A DNA stretch of 64,000 bases from Candidatus Poribacteria bacterium (GTDB lineage: Bacteria > Poribacteria > WGA-4E > WGA-3G), in the NCBI GenBank assembly GCA_963663765.2, contig CAXXUA010000015.1, forward strand, positions 416,001 to 480,000, given 5' to 3'. The notes beneath the pieces are model-generated. The model saw only the letters and a list, made by a program, of their open reading frames with translations. It had not been told where the DNA came from and did not search any database. Below are positions 9,051 through 19,393 of this stretch, one piece after another. How positions within the stretch are numbered: position 1 is the first letter of the stretch; each line of letters opens with the position of its first letter. Both the position numbers and the translations under genes were made by a program.

Positions 9051-10500
9051 TCGTGTTGTCTCCCATCTTCTCCCTGAGTGAGGTCCGGAGATCTACCGAA
9101 TGATTATAGAGTTCTTCAGCTACTTTTCCGTAATCCGGAGGTTCAAAACCGCCTATATGATCAAACTCGATTTCTTCCACAGGTTTATCTGTGTGAAACC
9201 ACCAGGCACCAACGTCTTCCGTGGTCAACCAAGTAGAAGGTTGTTCTGATTGGTTTGTACCGAATTTCATTATCTCACCTTCACGAACCAAATTCCCAAT
9301 TTGCTCAAGGAGCCAATCGCTATGTGTTGTTATAATTACGCGGACACCTGCGCGGACCAAACGGGCGAGGGCAATGGCTATTTGGGTTTGCGCTCTTGGG
9401 TGTAAGTGGGATTCGGGTTCTTCAATGATGAGCGTATCTCCATAAAAAACAACACTGCGTAATAACAACACTATTGGTGCAAGTTCAGAAATCATTGAGG
9501 AAGTTTGTCTCATCCTTAGAGACTTTTCGGACTTTAGAGGACGGTAACGGAATTGTATATTTCCAACTTCAGCATGGCGATAGGTTTCTATTTCACCTCG
9601 CAGCACTTTGTTTTCAAGAGTTTTAGATACCTCAATTATTTCACTTGGATATATTTCACGTTCCTTGTAATTATTTATGAGTTTAAGAAAATCAGCTATC
9701 ATACCCGAGAATGTGGAATCTTGAGTAAATTGTTCCGAACCACCAGAAGTAGCTATATCTATTAGTGAACTGGCAATTATCCCTCGGGTTTCCATGAGAC
9801 CACTCCGGGCAGCAGGTAGATAATAAGATGTTGCCGACTTTGGATCAAGAAAACGCAAAGGAATTTGCTTATCTTTAACGTTAAGTGCCCTTTGGAATAT
9901 ATCCCTATCCTCGGACCTAAAAACTATATCCTTGTTAATACATTTTTCAATATTAATCTCGGATTCAGAGTCATAGAAGCATAAAGACCAGAGAGTTTGA
10001 TTTTCCTCTTGAACATCAAAAGAAATTTTCATTTCAACATCCAGATCTTTGGTTAATCTTACCATATCTGAAATAGACTCATAACCAAAGCACCTTTTGA
10101 GTTCTGCTTCAAGCATGTCAGAATGCGCGGAACCACACATTAATCTGTCACGCACCCACTTAGGTAAGTCTAAAAACTTGAAAAGTTGTTCAGTATCTCC
10201 TAACTTTTTTAAAGCTTCTTGCGTTTCTTGTAACGTGATTTGATTTGAAAGATCAGCAGGTTGTGAATGATAAATAGGGTCAAAGCTGGAAGTTTTATAA
10301 TGCAACCATGGTGTACGCGGGATACCATCAAAAGCACGTTGTAATGCATAGATGAGTGCCGCAAGATATGTCTTACCCGTATTGCTTTCACCGACAAATA
10401 CAGTAAGGGGACGCAGGTCTATCTCTGCCTTCTCAATAGGACCGAAATTCTCTACAGCAATGTCTATTTTAAGGGGTTGTGTTTCTTTACTTTCATCCAT
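9043..10500 (-). CDS. ABC-type AAA ATPase (AAA_15/AAA_21, AbiEii/OLD-like)
   Basis: NFGPI, Walker A GESNTGKT, YLPAARSG, signature-like SSMISEL, Walker B IIEEPESHLHP, ITTHS. Confidence 0.85.
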   Translation of the reverse strand: MDESKETQPLKIDIAVENFGPIEKAEIDLRPLTVFVGESNTGKTYLAALIYALQRAFDGIPRTPWLHYKTSSFDPIYHSQPADLSNQITLQETQEALKKLGDTEQLFKFLDLPKWVRDRLMCGSAHSDMLEAELKRCFGYESISDMVRLTKDLDVEMKISFDVQEENQTLWSLCFYDSESEINIEKCINKDIVFRSEDRDIFQRALNVKDKQIPLRFLDPKSATSYYLPAARSGLMETRGIIASSLIDIATSGGSEQFTQDSTFSGMIADFLKLINNYKEREIYPSEIIEVSKTLENKVLRGEIETYRHAEVGNIQFRYRPLKSEKSLRMRQTSSMISELAPIVLLLRSVVFYGDTLIIEEPESHLHPRAQTQIAIALARLVRAGVRVIITTHSDWLLEQIGNLVREGEIMKFGTNQSEQPSTWLTTEDVGAWWFHTDKPVEEIEFDHIGGFEPPDYGKVAEELYNHSVDLRTSLREKMGDNTSE

Positions 10501-10553
10501 AGATTTTTATTCCTTATTGAAAGCAGAAAATATTAGAAACAACGAAGCATCTG

Positions 10554-10868
10554 TTATGTTGAAACATCATCAGAGAGTTCTCTCAAAAATGAGAATGTGT
10601 AAATTCCTGTTCTGTGTCCATCACTCCATTGTAGTTTTATTGCATACCGTCCGACTGGGTGAATGCCAACTAAGTGCAATTCTTCCCAATATTGATCCGA
10701 AGGTAATAAACGTAAAGGATCATGTGTCTGTTTTTCTGCATCACAACGTGCACAGGGACATTTTTCACGAAGTATACGATATGTGATTTCTCCTTGAAAA
10801 CCATCTTTCCATTGTATATCAAGACTATGAGGCAATCGTTTGATTTCAGTGGGTTGGAATTCCTGCAT
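10554..10868 (-). CDS. DUF971 / gamma-butyrobetaine hydroxylase N-terminal-like protein
   Basis: LREKCPCARC, VGRYAIKLQWSDGHRTGIY. Confidence 0.9.
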   Translation of the reverse strand: MQEFQPTEIKRLPHSLDIQWKDGFQGEITYRILREKCPCARCDAEKQTHDPLRLLPSDQYWEELHLVGIHPVGRYAIKLQWSDGHRTGIYTFSFLRELSDDVST

Positions 10869-10930
10869 AGTTGTGTTTTTCCAGTCTTAGTCAAAGTTTA
10901 CGGTTAATTTAGTAGTATTGTCTCATACCT

Positions 10931-11956
10931 TTACCCATTTGCATAGATAAGTCGTGTTCGATTTTTACATGGAAGTTCAATCGTTTTTCCTGTTAGACCG
11001 CTTTCAATGGTTGCAAACCCGATTTCGTTTACAGCAGGATAATCATCACGTGAACAATCTGGCAAAGAGCCACCATCAAGGTAATCACTAATCTGTTTAT
11101 ATGCAATCTTAAACGGACTTGCATTTTCTGGAAGGTTAAGGGAATCGTTTTCAATTAGTTTTCCACCTTTGTATACAGTTGTACCGCTATAGAAGCCTGT
11201 TTGGATTGTACCTTCACTACCGAGAATATCAACAGAAAAACCGCCACGGACGCCATGTTTCCCAACATGATAACCGATAGCACCATTTTTGAACTTGATA
11301 GTAGAACCTACGATTGATGGTTCTGGTTCGTAGGGTTCAGGTACGTTACCGCTACCTTCAATGAACCCAGTGACCGAAATTGGATCATAACCTGCAAACT
11401 GACATATCATATCTGTAGTATGGATGGAAAAAGACAACACACTACCCCCACAATAACCGATGACACTTTGCACATTACCCACAAGACCATCCTTTACAAG
11501 TTTTTGAAGTCGTATGAGATGTGGTCCCCAATGTCGTGTATAGTCAACGATGATTGGGATTCCTTTTGTGTCAGCACCCGTTGTCATAGTGTCTACTTCT
11601 TCAAGAGAACATCCTGCGGGTTTCTCAAGGAATATGGCTTTGATGTCTGCCTTTAAGACATTCTGCATGACTTGAAAATGATGTGGTCCACGCACACAAA
11701 CTGCAACGATGTCTAACTTTTCGCTTTCAAGCATTTGCGTATCAGTTTCGTAATAGTTGATGGATTTATCTGGAAAACCAGGTCCCCATGTTGTGCGAAA
11801 GTCATCTTGGCGTTCAGTGGACATATCTGCAACTGCTACTAATTCGGTAGTTTCACATAAGCGGATTCCACCTGCGTGACAATAGGGATAAGCGTCATCT
11901 GGTGTTGAATAACGGGCGGCGATACTTCCTAACCCGATTATACCGACACGGTACAT
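10931..11956 (-). CDS. Gfo/Idh/MocA family oxidoreductase
   Basis: VGIIGLGSIA, FLEKP. Confidence 0.88.
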   Translation of the reverse strand: MYRVGIIGLGSIAARYSTPDDAYPYCHAGGIRLCETTELVAVADMSTERQDDFRTTWGPGFPDKSINYYETDTQMLESEKLDIVAVCVRGPHHFQVMQNVLKADIKAIFLEKPAGCSLEEVDTMTTGADTKGIPIIVDYTRHWGPHLIRLQKLVKDGLVGNVQSVIGYCGGSVLSFSIHTTDMICQFAGYDPISVTGFIEGSGNVPEPYEPEPSIVGSTIKFKNGAIGYHVGKHGVRGGFSVDILGSEGTIQTGFYSGTTVYKGGKLIENDSLNLPENASPFKIAYKQISDYLDGGSLPDCSRDDYPAVNEIGFATIESGLTGKTIELPCKNRTRLIYANG

Positions 11957-12013
11957 TTTTTACTCCAATTTGGAAGGATTGAAAAAAGTAATTTAGTAAA
12001 TAGATTATTAAGC

Positions 12014-12228
12014 AGGACTTACGCACCGAACAGTAGGCGGGGAATGCCTAAAGGAGCATGCGCGTATGGCATGCTCCATGATTCATACCCGGGGAATGCC
12101 AAAAGGCATTCATACCGTTGATTTCTTGATTTGGTGCTTTGTAAGCGCGCTGGAAACCTAAAAAATCCTGAAAATAACATCATTTTCGTCGTAATTCTTG
12201 ACTAAAACATGAAAACTGCGTAAGTCCT
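12014..12228. mobile_element. MITE with 12-bp TIR AGGACTTACGCA/TGCGTAAGTCCT
   Basis: Perfect TIRs; internal sequence shared with 46007-46257 and 53838-54024. Confidence 0.8.
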
Positions 12229-12290
12229 ATTAAGATAACGCGATAAATAGTTTGTAAGAAAATACTGCTACCAGAGTCTTTCTATTTCAC

Positions 12291-12815
12291 CTACATAGTG
12301 CCGAATTCAAAGACAGAAAAGATTGGAATATTCCCTATTTTTTCTCGTCCATTTAGTTCTTGTAGTTCAATTAAGAAAGCAATACCCACAATGTCTCCAC
12401 CCAGTTTTTCGATCAATTCAATTGTTGCAGCGATGGTTCCACCCGTTGCCAAAAGATCATCACAAATCAGTACACGGGTTCCTTTTGGAAAAGCATCTTG
12501 ATGAATTGTTAATGTATCAGTACCGTATTCAAGATCGTAAGTTACTTGATATGTGTCGGAGGGTAACTTTCCCTCTTTACGAACAGGAGCAAATCCTGTC
12601 CCCATACGATACGCAAGTGCAGAAGCGAAAATAAAGCCTCTGGCTTCGGGACCTACTATCATCTCAACTCCTGAGTTCTTGTAGTGGTTAGCATATACCT
12701 CAATTACAGCATTGAAGATGGGTGCATTACCTAAAAGTGGTGTTATGTCTTTATACATAATTCCTGGTTTTGGATAGTCTGGAATATTTCGGATAAATTT
12801 GGATAAATTATCCAT
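12291..12815 (-). CDS. apt: Adenine phosphoribosyltransferase
   Basis: IPDYPKPGIMYKDITPLL, EARGF, LEYGTD, PRPP motif ICDDLLATGGT. Confidence 0.97.
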   Translation of the reverse strand: MDNLSKFIRNIPDYPKPGIMYKDITPLLGNAPIFNAVIEVYANHYKNSGVEMIVGPEARGFIFASALAYRMGTGFAPVRKEGKLPSDTYQVTYDLEYGTDTLTIHQDAFPKGTRVLICDDLLATGGTIAATIELIEKLGGDIVGIAFLIELQELNGREKIGNIPIFSVFEFGTM

Positions 12816-13171
12816 ATTGAAAATTTACTCCTAAAAAGTTAGAATCACGATTAAAGCACCAACGTTAGTTTAGGGATGCTATCATGAATACTGTTGATTT
12901 AGTGCATTGTAATCGCGCAGGAAAATCGTAATATTGTGTAAAAACTATTTAATTTAGACAGTAATAACAAAAATATATCAAAATTACGTAAGTCCTAATA
13001 TTAAAACCTGATTCCCATTGCAATATTAAAAGTTTACTACATTTTGCCCTGTTTTGTCAAATATAGTAGGTAAATTAAACATAGTCCTATACTATATTTA
13101 TAGTGTTTTTTGAAAAGTAATTTACTGTCAAAATTCAATGAGTGGTTATCGTGTATCTACTCATCGCCATG

Positions 13172-14359
13172 TTATAGGATACCATTCTGTCTTAGCTGCA
13201 GTATTTCTTCAGGAGTAATTTTCAACATATCAGTTAACACTTCATCAGTATGTTCACCGAGATCTGGTGCAGGAACTTCAATATGACCAGGGGTTTCGGA
13301 GAGTTTTATCGGTAATCCTGGTACTTCAACAGCACCTGTTATTTGGTGAAACACATTTGTGATCATCTCACGAGCTTGCACCTGTGGGTGGTTAACCACT
13401 GTGTCAATTGTATTGATAGGTCCACACGGCACACCAATCTTTTCAAGTGCCTCAAGCCATTCATCAGTTGTACGTTGACGCATAATATCTGAAAGAATTG
13501 GAAACAGTACCGCATGGTTTGCGGTACGTTCAGCATTAGAGCAAAACCTTGAGTCCGAAATCAGTTGCTTCTGATTTACGTATTCACAGAACTTCGTCCA
13601 CAACGTATCATTGCCAATTGCAATGATTATATGTCCATCTGCAGATTCAAACGCTTCAAAAGGTGTTATGGCAGGATGCCGACTACCGAGGGGTCGTGGT
13701 ATCTCATCCGTTGCAAAATACCGCACGATTGCATTTTCCAAGACCGCTACGAGACTATCTAACATTGCGACATCAACTAACTGTCCCTTACCAGATATGT
13801 TTCGATGATGTAGCGCAGACAATATACCGATTGTTGTGAATAGTGCTGCGGTAATGTCACTAATTGATGTTCCAACACGAACTGGAGGTGCGTCGGGTTG
13901 ACCAGTGATGCTAATTATTCCACCCATCCCTTGTATAATCATATCATAAGCACCATGTTTCGCCATCGGTCCGGTCTGTCCAAATCCTGAACATGCAGCA
14001 TAAATAAGCGATGGGTATTCAACTGTAAGTGTTTCGTAGTCCAAACCGAGTTTCTTCATCGTTCCAGGTCGGAAATTCTCAACTAATATGTCGCATTGAC
14101 TGATGAGTTCCTTGAATATATTAATGCCACGTTCGGTCTTTAAATTTAGCGTGACGCTCCTTTTACCGCGATTTACGCTCATGAAATAAAGACTAAACCC
14201 ATTTTTAAAAGGTCCAAAATTTCTGGATTCATCACCTGTTTCTGGTTGTTCAATTTTAATTACTTCTGCTCCAAGATCACTTAGAAGCATCGTTGCAAAA
14301 GGTCCAGCAAGTACTCTTGTTAAATCCAGTACTTTTATACCTTCTAACGGACCTGCCAT
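13172..14359 (-). CDS. CaiB/BaiF family (class III) CoA-transferase
   Basis: VLDLTRVLAGPFATMLLSDLGAEVIKIE, NRGKRS, ENFRPG. Confidence 0.95.
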   Translation of the reverse strand: MAGPLEGIKVLDLTRVLAGPFATMLLSDLGAEVIKIEQPETGDESRNFGPFKNGFSLYFMSVNRGKRSVTLNLKTERGINIFKELISQCDILVENFRPGTMKKLGLDYETLTVEYPSLIYAACSGFGQTGPMAKHGAYDMIIQGMGGIISITGQPDAPPVRVGTSISDITAALFTTIGILSALHHRNISGKGQLVDVAMLDSLVAVLENAIVRYFATDEIPRPLGSRHPAITPFEAFESADGHIIIAIGNDTLWTKFCEYVNQKQLISDSRFCSNAERTANHAVLFPILSDIMRQRTTDEWLEALEKIGVPCGPINTIDTVVNHPQVQAREMITNVFHQITGAVEVPGLPIKLSETPGHIEVPAPDLGEHTDEVLTDMLKITPEEILQLRQNGIL

Positions 14360-14421
14360 GTTAATGTTCCTTTATTTTTATTGTGTTATGTTCATTGGTT
14401 GATGTGGAATCTAACACATTA

Positions 14422-14450
14422 TTGCATAATCGCAAAACTTTTGCTATAAT
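14422..14450 (+). promoter_or_regulatory. Sigma70-type promoter for the EF-Tu-like gene
   Basis: TTGCAT-17bp-TATAAT with an extended TG; AAGGAG RBS before ATG 14507. Confidence 0.6.
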
Positions 14451-14506
14451 TAAAGAACATGCAACAGATATTTATACGCATTTTGAAAAATCTGAAGGAG
14501 TAATTA

Positions 14507-15676
14507 ATGGACGAAAAGAGAGCAACCTCACATCGCTTCCTACCTATCAGTACACTTGGTGCCGCCGGACATGGGAAAACAACATTGACGTCAGCAATAG
14601 CAAAGGTCGTCTCAAGAATTGGTGCAATTCGCTCAAAGACACAGCAACAACTTGAACAACAATTACCTGAACATCACACGATACGTGAAGGCGTCAGCAT
14701 AACCTATCGATACATTGATTACGAAACGAGTGGTAAATTCTATACACAGATTGACTGCGTAACACATCTGGATTTAATCAAAATGTTAGTCAGTCGATCA
14801 TTCAGATTGCAGGGTGTGATATGGATTGTGGATGCTGTTGAAGGGGTTACGGATGAATCTGAAGAACTACTCCGAATTGTCAAAAACGTGAATATTCCAA
14901 GTATCATATCTTTTCTAAACACACGAAAAAACATAACAGATGATGAATTGATTGATATATGCAAACATGAGATGCGTGATTTACTGACTGAATGTGGTTG
15001 GGAAGAAGAGAAAAGTCCGATAATTGTTGGTGATACGGATAGTGCATTGAACTACAAAGGAGATAATATCGGTTCTAATCAATGGAAACCGATTGTTGAC
15101 CTGATTTTTGCTTTGAATCGCTTTATGCCTAAACCCGTCAATCCTGATAATCTTCACCCAATCATGCCGATCTATGAGATTGTTGAGGAGTTGAAGGAAC
15201 GTGTAACGGTTCGCGGTGAGCTTGTTCAAGGACATCTTGGAGTTGGACATGCTGTGGATATTGTTGGAAAAGGTGAACGTATAAAGACGAAGTGCCTGGG
15301 TATCAAAGAGGATGAGGTAGTTGTTGAGGCTGAACCGAATTGGGTATCGATCGGACAAGTCATGTGTCATCCTAAAACGATTAAGGCACATTCCGATTTT
15401 ACTGCTCTGGTCTATCTCTTCACACAGGAAGAGAGTGGAACACACATTCCTCTTATAGAAAATGATAAACCCGATATTCATTTATGGGGTATTGATGTCA
15501 AAGCACGTTTACATCTCCCACCAAGTTTGTCCATCGTAACACCAGGAGCAAATGCACATGTTGCATTTTCACTTCAATTACCCCTTGCTATGGAAATCGG
15601 TACTACGTTTGAAGTGAAGAAAATGGGGTCTTGTATCGGTATCGGAATAGTGACTACTTTGGAGAAATTTGCTTGA
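14507..15676 (+). CDS. Degenerate EF-Tu paralog (EF-Tu-like protein with altered G motifs)
   Basis: Collinear with EF-Tu domains I-III (GHGKTTLTSAI, YET..YTQIDC..H, ELIDICKHEMRDLL, FTALVYLFTQEESGTHIP), but with G2, G3 and G4 substitutions. Confidence 0.8.
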   Translation: MDEKRATSHRFLPISTLGAAGHGKTTLTSAIAKVVSRIGAIRSKTQQQLEQQLPEHHTIREGVSITYRYIDYETSGKFYTQIDCVTHLDLIKMLVSRSFRLQGVIWIVDAVEGVTDESEELLRIVKNVNIPSIISFLNTRKNITDDELIDICKHEMRDLLTECGWEEEKSPIIVGDTDSALNYKGDNIGSNQWKPIVDLIFALNRFMPKPVNPDNLHPIMPIYEIVEELKERVTVRGELVQGHLGVGHAVDIVGKGERIKTKCLGIKEDEVVVEAEPNWVSIGQVMCHPKTIKAHSDFTALVYLFTQEESGTHIPLIENDKPDIHLWGIDVKARLHLPPSLSIVTPGANAHVAFSLQLPLAMEIGTTFEVKKMGSCIGIGIVTTLEKFA

Positions 15677-15684
15677 ACTCTTTT

Positions 15685-16395
15685 CTATCGCGCAGCGTCA
15701 ATTACTTCAGACAAGACAAGGTCACCTATGTACAATGCGCGCCCGATAATTGCGCCACTTACACCAATTTCCTTTAATGTAATAACATCAGATATTGAAG
15801 TAACGCCTCCTGATGCAATTACATCTGCTGAGACAGCATTGAATATTTTTGAAGTCGCATCAACATTTGGTCCTTTTAGCATTCCATCGCTTTTTATGTC
15901 TGTGTAAATGATTGTCTGGACTTCAGTGAGTTCTGTGGCAAAATCAACTGCGGACGTCTGTGATACCTCTAACCATCCGTGTGTAGCAACCATACCGTCT
16001 CTTGCGTCAATACCAACAGCAATTCGTTCTTTGTATTTACTGCATGCAATTGTCACCAAGTCTGGATTCTTAAGAGCTGCAGTTCCCAAAATTGCTCGGT
16101 GAACACCCAATTTTAGGATAGTATCAATCTGTTCTATATTTCGTATACCACCACCGAGTTGGACTGGTATATTAAGAACAGAGACAATTTCGCTAACAAT
16201 ATTCAAGTTAGCGGATTCGCCATGAAATGCACCATCCAAATCAACAAGATGTAAGTATTCTGCTCCTTCTGTCTGCCACCGCTTTGCCATGTCAACAGGA
16301 GAATCAGAGAAGACTGTTTCCTGCTCTGCTATCCCTTGAACTAAGTTAACACATTTTCCACCTCGTAGGTCTATAGCTGGTAGTATTTGCATCAA
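15685..16395 (-). CDS. hisA: ProFAR isomerase
   Basis: ILPAIDLRGGKCV, HLVDLDGA, GGGIR, TDIKSDGMLKGPN, ASGGV. Confidence 0.96.
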   Translation of the reverse strand: MMQILPAIDLRGGKCVNLVQGIAEQETVFSDSPVDMAKRWQTEGAEYLHLVDLDGAFHGESANLNIVSEIVSVLNIPVQLGGGIRNIEQIDTILKLGVHRAILGTAALKNPDLVTIACSKYKERIAVGIDARDGMVATHGWLEVSQTSAVDFATELTEVQTIIYTDIKSDGMLKGPNVDATSKIFNAVSADVIASGGVTSISDVITLKEIGVSGAIIGRALYIGDLVLSEVIDAAR

Positions 16396-16407
16396 ATTTC
16401 CTTTCTT

Positions 16408-17310
16408 CTATTCCTCACGAAAAATACCGAGTAATTTAAGTTGCACTATTGAGATTGCAGCGATTATAATAAATAGCACCCATCCGATTGTTGCAGCGTA
16501 ACCGAGTCGCATGAACTGAAACCCGTTCTTATATAAATACATCACGATTGTAGTACCAGCATCAGCAGGATTTCCACCATTTGTTAGAATAAAGGGTAAG
16601 TCAAAGAGTTGGAACGAACCTATCATAGATACAACAACGACAAAAGCGATAACTGGACGTAATGAAGGCAGTGTGATATGGATAAAGGACTGCCACCAGT
16701 TTGCACCATCAACTGCGGCAGCTTCATATAGCTCTTGGCGAATGCCTTGTAAACCTGCTAAGAAGAAGATCATATTGTATCCCGCCCACTGCCACACTCC
16801 CGTGAGAATCACTGCTGGCATGACAAACCTTGTATCGTTCAACCAACCGATCTCTTTACCGAATAGTACAAATTCATTATTTATCATGCCGGCGCGTTGG
16901 TCATATATTAGATTAAAGATTATAGCAACAAATACACCAGCGACCAGAACCGGTGTGAAAAAGGCGAGTCGTAAAAAGTTCTTTCCCTTCACAAACTTTG
17001 CGTTTAATAGAATAGCAAGAAACAGTGCAATCGGTAATTGAATTATGAGTGTACCTAAAGCAAAATATGTCGTATTCCAGAGTGATTTCCAAAAGATTGG
17101 ATCACGAAATAGGTCTATGAAGTTCCCAAAACCGACAAAGATTCTGCTCTGAAATCCACGCATCTCATAAAAACTCAATATAAGTGATGAGATTAATGGA
17201 TACCCCATAAAGATAGCAAAGAGAATATAGAACGGTGCGATAAAAAGATAGGGTGCAATTTTCTGTTGTTGATGCCAGTAACGGGATTTAACAAATGGGA
17301 TTTTCATCAA
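16408..17310 (-). CDS. Carbohydrate ABC transporter permease
   Basis: Six TM segments; EAA loop ELYEAAAVDGA. Confidence 0.95.
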   Translation of the reverse strand: MMKIPFVKSRYWHQQQKIAPYLFIAPFYILFAIFMGYPLISSLILSFYEMRGFQSRIFVGFGNFIDLFRDPIFWKSLWNTTYFALGTLIIQLPIALFLAILLNAKFVKGKNFLRLAFFTPVLVAGVFVAIIFNLIYDQRAGMINNEFVLFGKEIGWLNDTRFVMPAVILTGVWQWAGYNMIFFLAGLQGIRQELYEAAAVDGANWWQSFIHITLPSLRPVIAFVVVVSMIGSFQLFDLPFILTNGGNPADAGTTIVMYLYKNGFQFMRLGYAATIGWVLFIIIAAISIVQLKLLGIFREE

Positions 17311-17358
17311 ATAGTCTCATTTTAAAGTTTTGAAAGTAGAGATTTAAGAGACAAATCG

Positions 17359-18729
17359 TCATTGCATTCTTTCCCATCTTTGCTGATCTTTTGCGATAAT
17401 TGTCCTGACCTTATCAGCAAGCGTTGACAAGGCATCTCTGGGAGTCTGTTTTTCTGTGACAGCATTAAAAATTGCATCATTTAGTAAGTCAGCAGCTTCT
17501 GACCAATAGGGATTCTGATATCGTGGTGGAATATCAGACGATAGTTCAATAAACAACTCACCGATAGGTTGTCCTCCAAGGTATTCATCTGGTTCTTTAT
17601 ATATAGGTGCGTCCCATGCATCTTTCAAAGGGGGAATTATTGAAGTGGTTTCGTATCTGTTTATCAATCCATCTCTATCAAAATATATGAATTTTATGAG
17701 TTCCCAAGCAAGATCAGGATTTTTGCATTGTTTTGTAATACCGATCATTGTGCCGCCGCGCGTTGTAGTGCGTCTTCCACCTATTTCCCACGCAGGCATG
17801 CTGGTTGCTTTCCATTTACCTGTCATCTGTGGTACTTGACTTTTTAGAAGTCCAAGATACCAATCAGGGGCAAGAATAGAGAGTATCTTCCCATCTTGCA
17901 TTGCAGCATAGTTACTTGGATCTCCGTGCCATGTACCATAAACGGGAGTAGTGATTTTATGTTGATTGAATAACGAAGAGAAAAATGATAAGGTATCTAT
18001 AGCAATTTCATTGTCAATCACAACTTTTCCATCAACATCAAAAAAGCCACCACCCCTTTGAAGTAGAAGGTTAAAATAATCGCTGTCAGACTTATTATCA
18101 AGTACAATAGCATATTGGTCAATAGTTCCATCGCCATCAAGATCGCGGGTTGCTTTTTTACCCGCTTCAATGAAATCATTCCACGTCTCAATCTCTGTCA
18201 TCTCAACACCGGAGGCTTTAAAAAGGTCATCTCTGTATAATAGAACGACTGGATGTAGGTCGTGTGGTATTCCGTAGATTCTATTTTTGTATGACCAAGG
18301 CGTGAATCGGCTTTGAACCAGTTTCTCCATCCATCCTTCTTTTTCCAAACGAGGACGAAGATCAACAAAACCTACTTCATCAATTGCACCTTTAAGGAAA
18401 CGTCCAATAGATGTAATTTCAACTTCTACAATATCTGGTGCACCGAAATCTGAGAGAAATGCGGTAAGGAGTTTATCGTGCATTGCATTCCCAAAGTTTA
18501 TCAGCTGCACGTTAATTTCTGGATGTTGTTCTTGAAAAATGGGCAATCGTGCTTTATATTCATTATAATGGGTTGGTGCGAACACCCAGAATTCTAATTT
18601 CTCACCTGTCTCTTCTGCTGGGGTAAAAATAAAGAAACAAGAGATGAGGAATAGAACGAACATAACCATTGGTCCTTTACCGAGTGGAAAATTTTCAAAA
18701 TCAAATGGAAATTGCATGTTTTTTCTCAT
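17359..18729 (-). CDS. Carbohydrate ABC transporter substrate-binding protein
   Basis: N-terminal TM anchor; GAPDI, IYGIP, LLYRDDLF and TWNDFIEA motifs; DLDGDG Ca-binding loop. Confidence 0.9.
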   Translation of the reverse strand: MRKNMQFPFDFENFPLGKGPMVMFVLFLISCFFIFTPAEETGEKLEFWVFAPTHYNEYKARLPIFQEQHPEINVQLINFGNAMHDKLLTAFLSDFGAPDIVEVEITSIGRFLKGAIDEVGFVDLRPRLEKEGWMEKLVQSRFTPWSYKNRIYGIPHDLHPVVLLYRDDLFKASGVEMTEIETWNDFIEAGKKATRDLDGDGTIDQYAIVLDNKSDSDYFNLLLQRGGGFFDVDGKVVIDNEIAIDTLSFFSSLFNQHKITTPVYGTWHGDPSNYAAMQDGKILSILAPDWYLGLLKSQVPQMTGKWKATSMPAWEIGGRRTTTRGGTMIGITKQCKNPDLAWELIKFIYFDRDGLINRYETTSIIPPLKDAWDAPIYKEPDEYLGGQPIGELFIELSSDIPPRYQNPYWSEAADLLNDAIFNAVTEKQTPRDALSTLADKVRTIIAKDQQRWERMQ

Positions 18730-18958
18730 CTGTCCTGATTGACAGAATTTACTTTTTTAGGGCAGGTGTGTCTGATCGTGTTGGAAGGAATGACATCCTA
18801 GTCACGTTGTTTGATACATAAAAAACACGTACCGCGTTTTCTATGACCTTTGCGTCCTCTGTGATTCAGACAAAATACTGAAGATCCCTATTTTATCCGC
18901 GAAATCCTTGATTCTGTCCGCGAAAAAAACTTTACACACCCGTTTTTTAGAATTTGAC

Positions 18959-18987
18959 TTGACATTTTCAGTTTTTACCATTAGAAT
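18959..18987 (+). promoter_or_regulatory. Sigma70-type promoter
   Basis: TTGACA-17bp-TAGAAT upstream of the FmdB gene. Confidence 0.6.
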
Positions 18988-19038
18988 TTATCAGATTATA
19001 TTCATTTTATCAACAAAGAAATGGAGGAAAACAGTTAT

Positions 19039-19347
19039 ATGCCTACGTATGACTATAAATGTACAGCGTGCGATATACAATTCGAGAAGTTCCAAGGTAT
19101 GACAGAAGAACCTATAAAGGAATGTCCTGAGTGTGATGGAGAAGTAAAACGACTCATCGGCGCTGGAGCTGGATTGATCTTCAAAGGATCAGGTTTCTAC
19201 ATTACCGATTATCGCAGTGAAGGTTATAAAGAATCAGCTAAGAAAGACAAAACTTCTTCATCAGAAAAAAGTAAAAAAAGCGATAAGAAAGAAAAGAAAA
19301 CAGAAAAAAGTAGTGAATCTAAAAGCAAAACAAAAGAGTCTGACTAA
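19039..19347 (+). CDS. FmdB family zinc-ribbon protein
   Basis: MPTYDYKCTAC...CPECDG...FKGSGFYITDY, followed by a K/S/E-rich tail; GGAGG RBS. Confidence 0.93.
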   Translation: MPTYDYKCTACDIQFEKFQGMTEEPIKECPECDGEVKRLIGAGAGLIFKGSGFYITDYRSEGYKESAKKDKTSSSEKSKKSDKKEKKTEKSSESKSKTKESD

Positions 19348-19393
19348 ATCTGCAGACAGTGGACACTCTTGTCAATTATATACTGAAAAAACA

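Noticed and set aside
14507-15676. Calling this gene tuf or selB
   Set aside because: The G motifs are too degenerate for functional EF-Tu, and there is no SelB C-terminal winged-helix extension.
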